Shown here piece by piece: positions 61,701 to 64,000 of a stretch of 64,000 bases of DNA. The position numbers and the translations under genes are program-made. The notes under the pieces are model-generated. The model saw only the letters and a list, made by a program, of their open reading frames with translations, was not told the DNA's origin and did no database searches. Origin of the DNA: Octopus sinensis. Its lineage: Eukaryota. Position 1 is the first letter of the stretch, and the number at the start of each line of letters is the position of its first letter. The stretch spans positions 124,001 through 188,000 of the forward strand of contig NW_021831287.1 in assembly GCF_006345805.1 (NCBI RefSeq), written 5' to 3'.

Positions 61701-62467
61701 GTTGTGGCACTTTTGTAACTTTGCAAACTGTTTTGATAATTTTTTGAAGAGAAAATAAATTAAAATAACATAGTTACGATTTTTTAGTTTTAATCAATTT
61801 TTAGCCAAGAAAAACGACGGGAAGTTGCCAAACTATTAAATAAACAGAAAGTTTGTCCCATATATTGCATTCATTATACCACTTCGACTAGACAAATTGT
61901 TAAAAAATTCCCAAAGGATACCCTCCAGTAGTTCATCATTCCGAATGTTTTTTTCCGGAGAAATTTCTGATAAATCTGGTGGTCATCACTTTGAGCTAGA
62001 AAATTACTGAATGAAGCCCTGAACTTTAAATTAATGTTTTTTCAAACATGCCGTTCTTCCTTAGGGACACATTTGTTATATAAAAGTTAATTTATTTCGG
62101 AAAATATTAAATGGTTATTTAAGCAGTGATTAAATCCCAAGACATAATAAAGTGGTAAAGTGTATCACCCATTAAATGAGGAGATCGATTATTTCTAAAA
62201 AAACAATTAAAAATAAAATTTTGGGATAGTTTTAGTACATTTTAACTCAAATATACTCGAAATAAAAATTATCTTACTTTGTACGCTGTGAATCATGTCT
62301 GTGAATGGTCAGGTGGGGGTCCCATCTTTTGGAGAGAGGTGTTAGTATCACTCAGGAATTTGTGCCATAAATATTTAATAATTCCCAAATATATTGTTGA
62401 AAGATATATCAACAAATATAATTAAATTAGTATTATAAATAAAGATGTTTATTTTGTAAAAAATAAT

Positions 62468-62481
62468 AACTCCTTGGCAAC
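62468..62481 (+). promoter_or_regulatory. Possible RFX X-box
   Basis: aactccttggcaac: perfect GGCAAC half-site with a degenerate left half, 13 nt before the SPAG1 ATG. Confidence 0.3.
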
Positions 62482-62494
62482 ACTAACCAAATCA

Positions 62495-64000
62495 ATGTTC
62501 TCAGCCAGACGCGGCAACAAATACGACATTCCAGTGGAGCATTTGGACTTTACATACATAGAAAAGTGCTCAAATGTTGGAGAATTGGAAAAAATATATC
62601 TCGTCTTAAAGTAGTCAAATTTATAGCTAAAAAATAAGAAATGGAGAAGAAGGTTTTTATGAGGCGTTGGAACAGGCTTGTGTAAATAAAATACGCAAAT
62701 TAAATCCAAAAAGGTTTTTATGATTACTTTAATTTATTTTTATTAATTAAAATTTATTATTTAGTAAAGTATTAATAAAGGATAACCCAATTGGTAATAA
62801 ATTTTCACTCGAAAGACCAGAAAGAAACGAAATAGAGGCACAAATTAAGGTTCTAAGCATATATGACTGAAGGAATGGCAAAAAACCACAAATTCTACAA
62901 CCAGACATGTCAGCAAAGACTACCCAATAAGAGAAAAAGTATAAAAATATACAAAATCCTCAAAAGAGAGATTTTCATGAAAAAAAGTACAACTTGTGTG
63001 CCAATTCGATCAAAATTCCAACCAAAACAGACCAACTGGGCCAACAGGAGGCAGTGGCCAGGTCAGAGGGACTCAGGGAGAAGGGCAACGAGGTACTGCC
63101 GACTGGAATGACTGCAGGCATTTCGTTGTGGGGAGTTTGTGGAGGCTCTTGAATATTACTCGGCCAGTTTATCCTATTTTGAGAACCATATGGCAGCCAA
63201 TAACCGCGGATTGACATGTAAGCCCGCCAAAATTGATTCAAAATGGATAGATTTGAAAATATGTAGATTTAAGGAAGCTGTTGATGACTTTGATTTTGTC
63301 CTCTTAAAAGATCCTGACAACCTTCGAGCTCTGTTTAGGAAGGGAAAGTGCTTATTAGAGTTGAAAAACTATGAAAAAGCTCAAAAATGTGTTGAAAAAT
63401 ATCTAGAAAGGCAACCTGAGGACACCCAGGGTCAGGTACACCACAAGAATAACTTTATGTAGGATCTTTTGAATAAAATAAAAAATTCAAAAAATACTAT
63501 CACAAAATCAACTGGAAAAAAACTAAAAATAATCGAAGTGGAGAATACTACTGACATTTCTAATTACAGCGAATTATACGACAGGGTTAATCAGGAAGAA
63601 ACTGCAAATAACTACGAAGGTGCAGTGGAGATTTTGTCCTGGATTTTTGCCCTTGAAAAAGGGTCTTCGCCCTGCAGAGATCTCCTCTCACGACGGGCCA
63701 CTTTCTACACTCTTTTGGACAACCATTGGGCTGCCTTGGCAGACCTTTCCTACCTCATCGAGCAAAATATTGAAGACAGTGAAATTTACACACAACGAGC
63801 AAAATGTTTTTATAAAATAGAAAAGTATTATTTATTATTAATTTATTTTTAGACATTGTCTAGCCTACAATGATATAAAAAAATCTTTAGAATTTAGTTC
63901 TGGTGATGATTTTGGCGGGAAAAGTTTGTTAAAAAATATTTCCCGCGAATTAAACACAATTTATGGCAAGGATTGGGAAAAGATTGCCAATTCAACGACT
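62495..64000 (+). CDS. SPAG1: Sperm-associated antigen 1 (TPR co-chaperone, axonemal dynein assembly); 3' end lies outside the window
   Basis: KYDIPVEHLDFTYIEKCSNVGELEKIYLVL, NGEEGFYEALEQAC and TPR NNRGLTYLK...DPDNLRALFRKG. Confidence 0.88.

Noticed and set aside
1-64000. Stop-codon reassignment as an explanation for broken ORFs
   Set aside because: Stops within conserved genes consistently fall inside removable GT-AG micro-introns, and the spliced frames are clean in the standard code.

Overview
AT-rich, compact animal (metazoan) genomic window. It has no CRISPR, rRNA or tRNA that I can support. Nearly all genes are split by extremely short spliceosomal introns (mostly 23-33 nt), which is why the ORF track fragments or misses them. 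Introns this small, plus metazoan genes (SOX, FOXK, FMR1/FXR, IgSF) and the motile-cilia factor SPAG1, best fit a dicyemid mesozoan; this taxon call is inference. Genes spliced by hand: C-type lectin/mucin (partial), RPL13A x2, SOX-like HMG, RPS13 x2, secreted LRR x2, La-motif protein, MFSD1, TBCC, stand-alone BPL_N/GATase1-like protein, an orphan secreted polyampholyte, POLE3, a second C-type lectin, EXOC4, FMR1/FXR-like, ERCC5/XPG, an IgSF receptor, FOXK and SPAG1 (partial). Intergenic DNA is mostly nested TE debris: CRE, RTE-like, CR1/L2-like, I-like and R2/NeSL-like retrotransposons, plus Tc1, pogo/Tigger and hAT-Buster transposons. Most notable: (1) four genes at 1-8.5 kb (lectin, RPL13A, RPS13, LRR) recur inverted at 27.8-40.5 kb in circularly permuted order; (2) a near-intact pogo transposase carries a host-style 30-nt intron that a sister element lacks; (3) a 206-nt EXOC4 intron is built from duplicated splice donors; (4) many in-frame, stop-free 3n micro-introns; (5) a 17-bp motif is shared upstream of all four ribosomal-protein gene copies. 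All splicing, homology and coordinates were derived by eye without tools; TE fragment boundaries are approximate.
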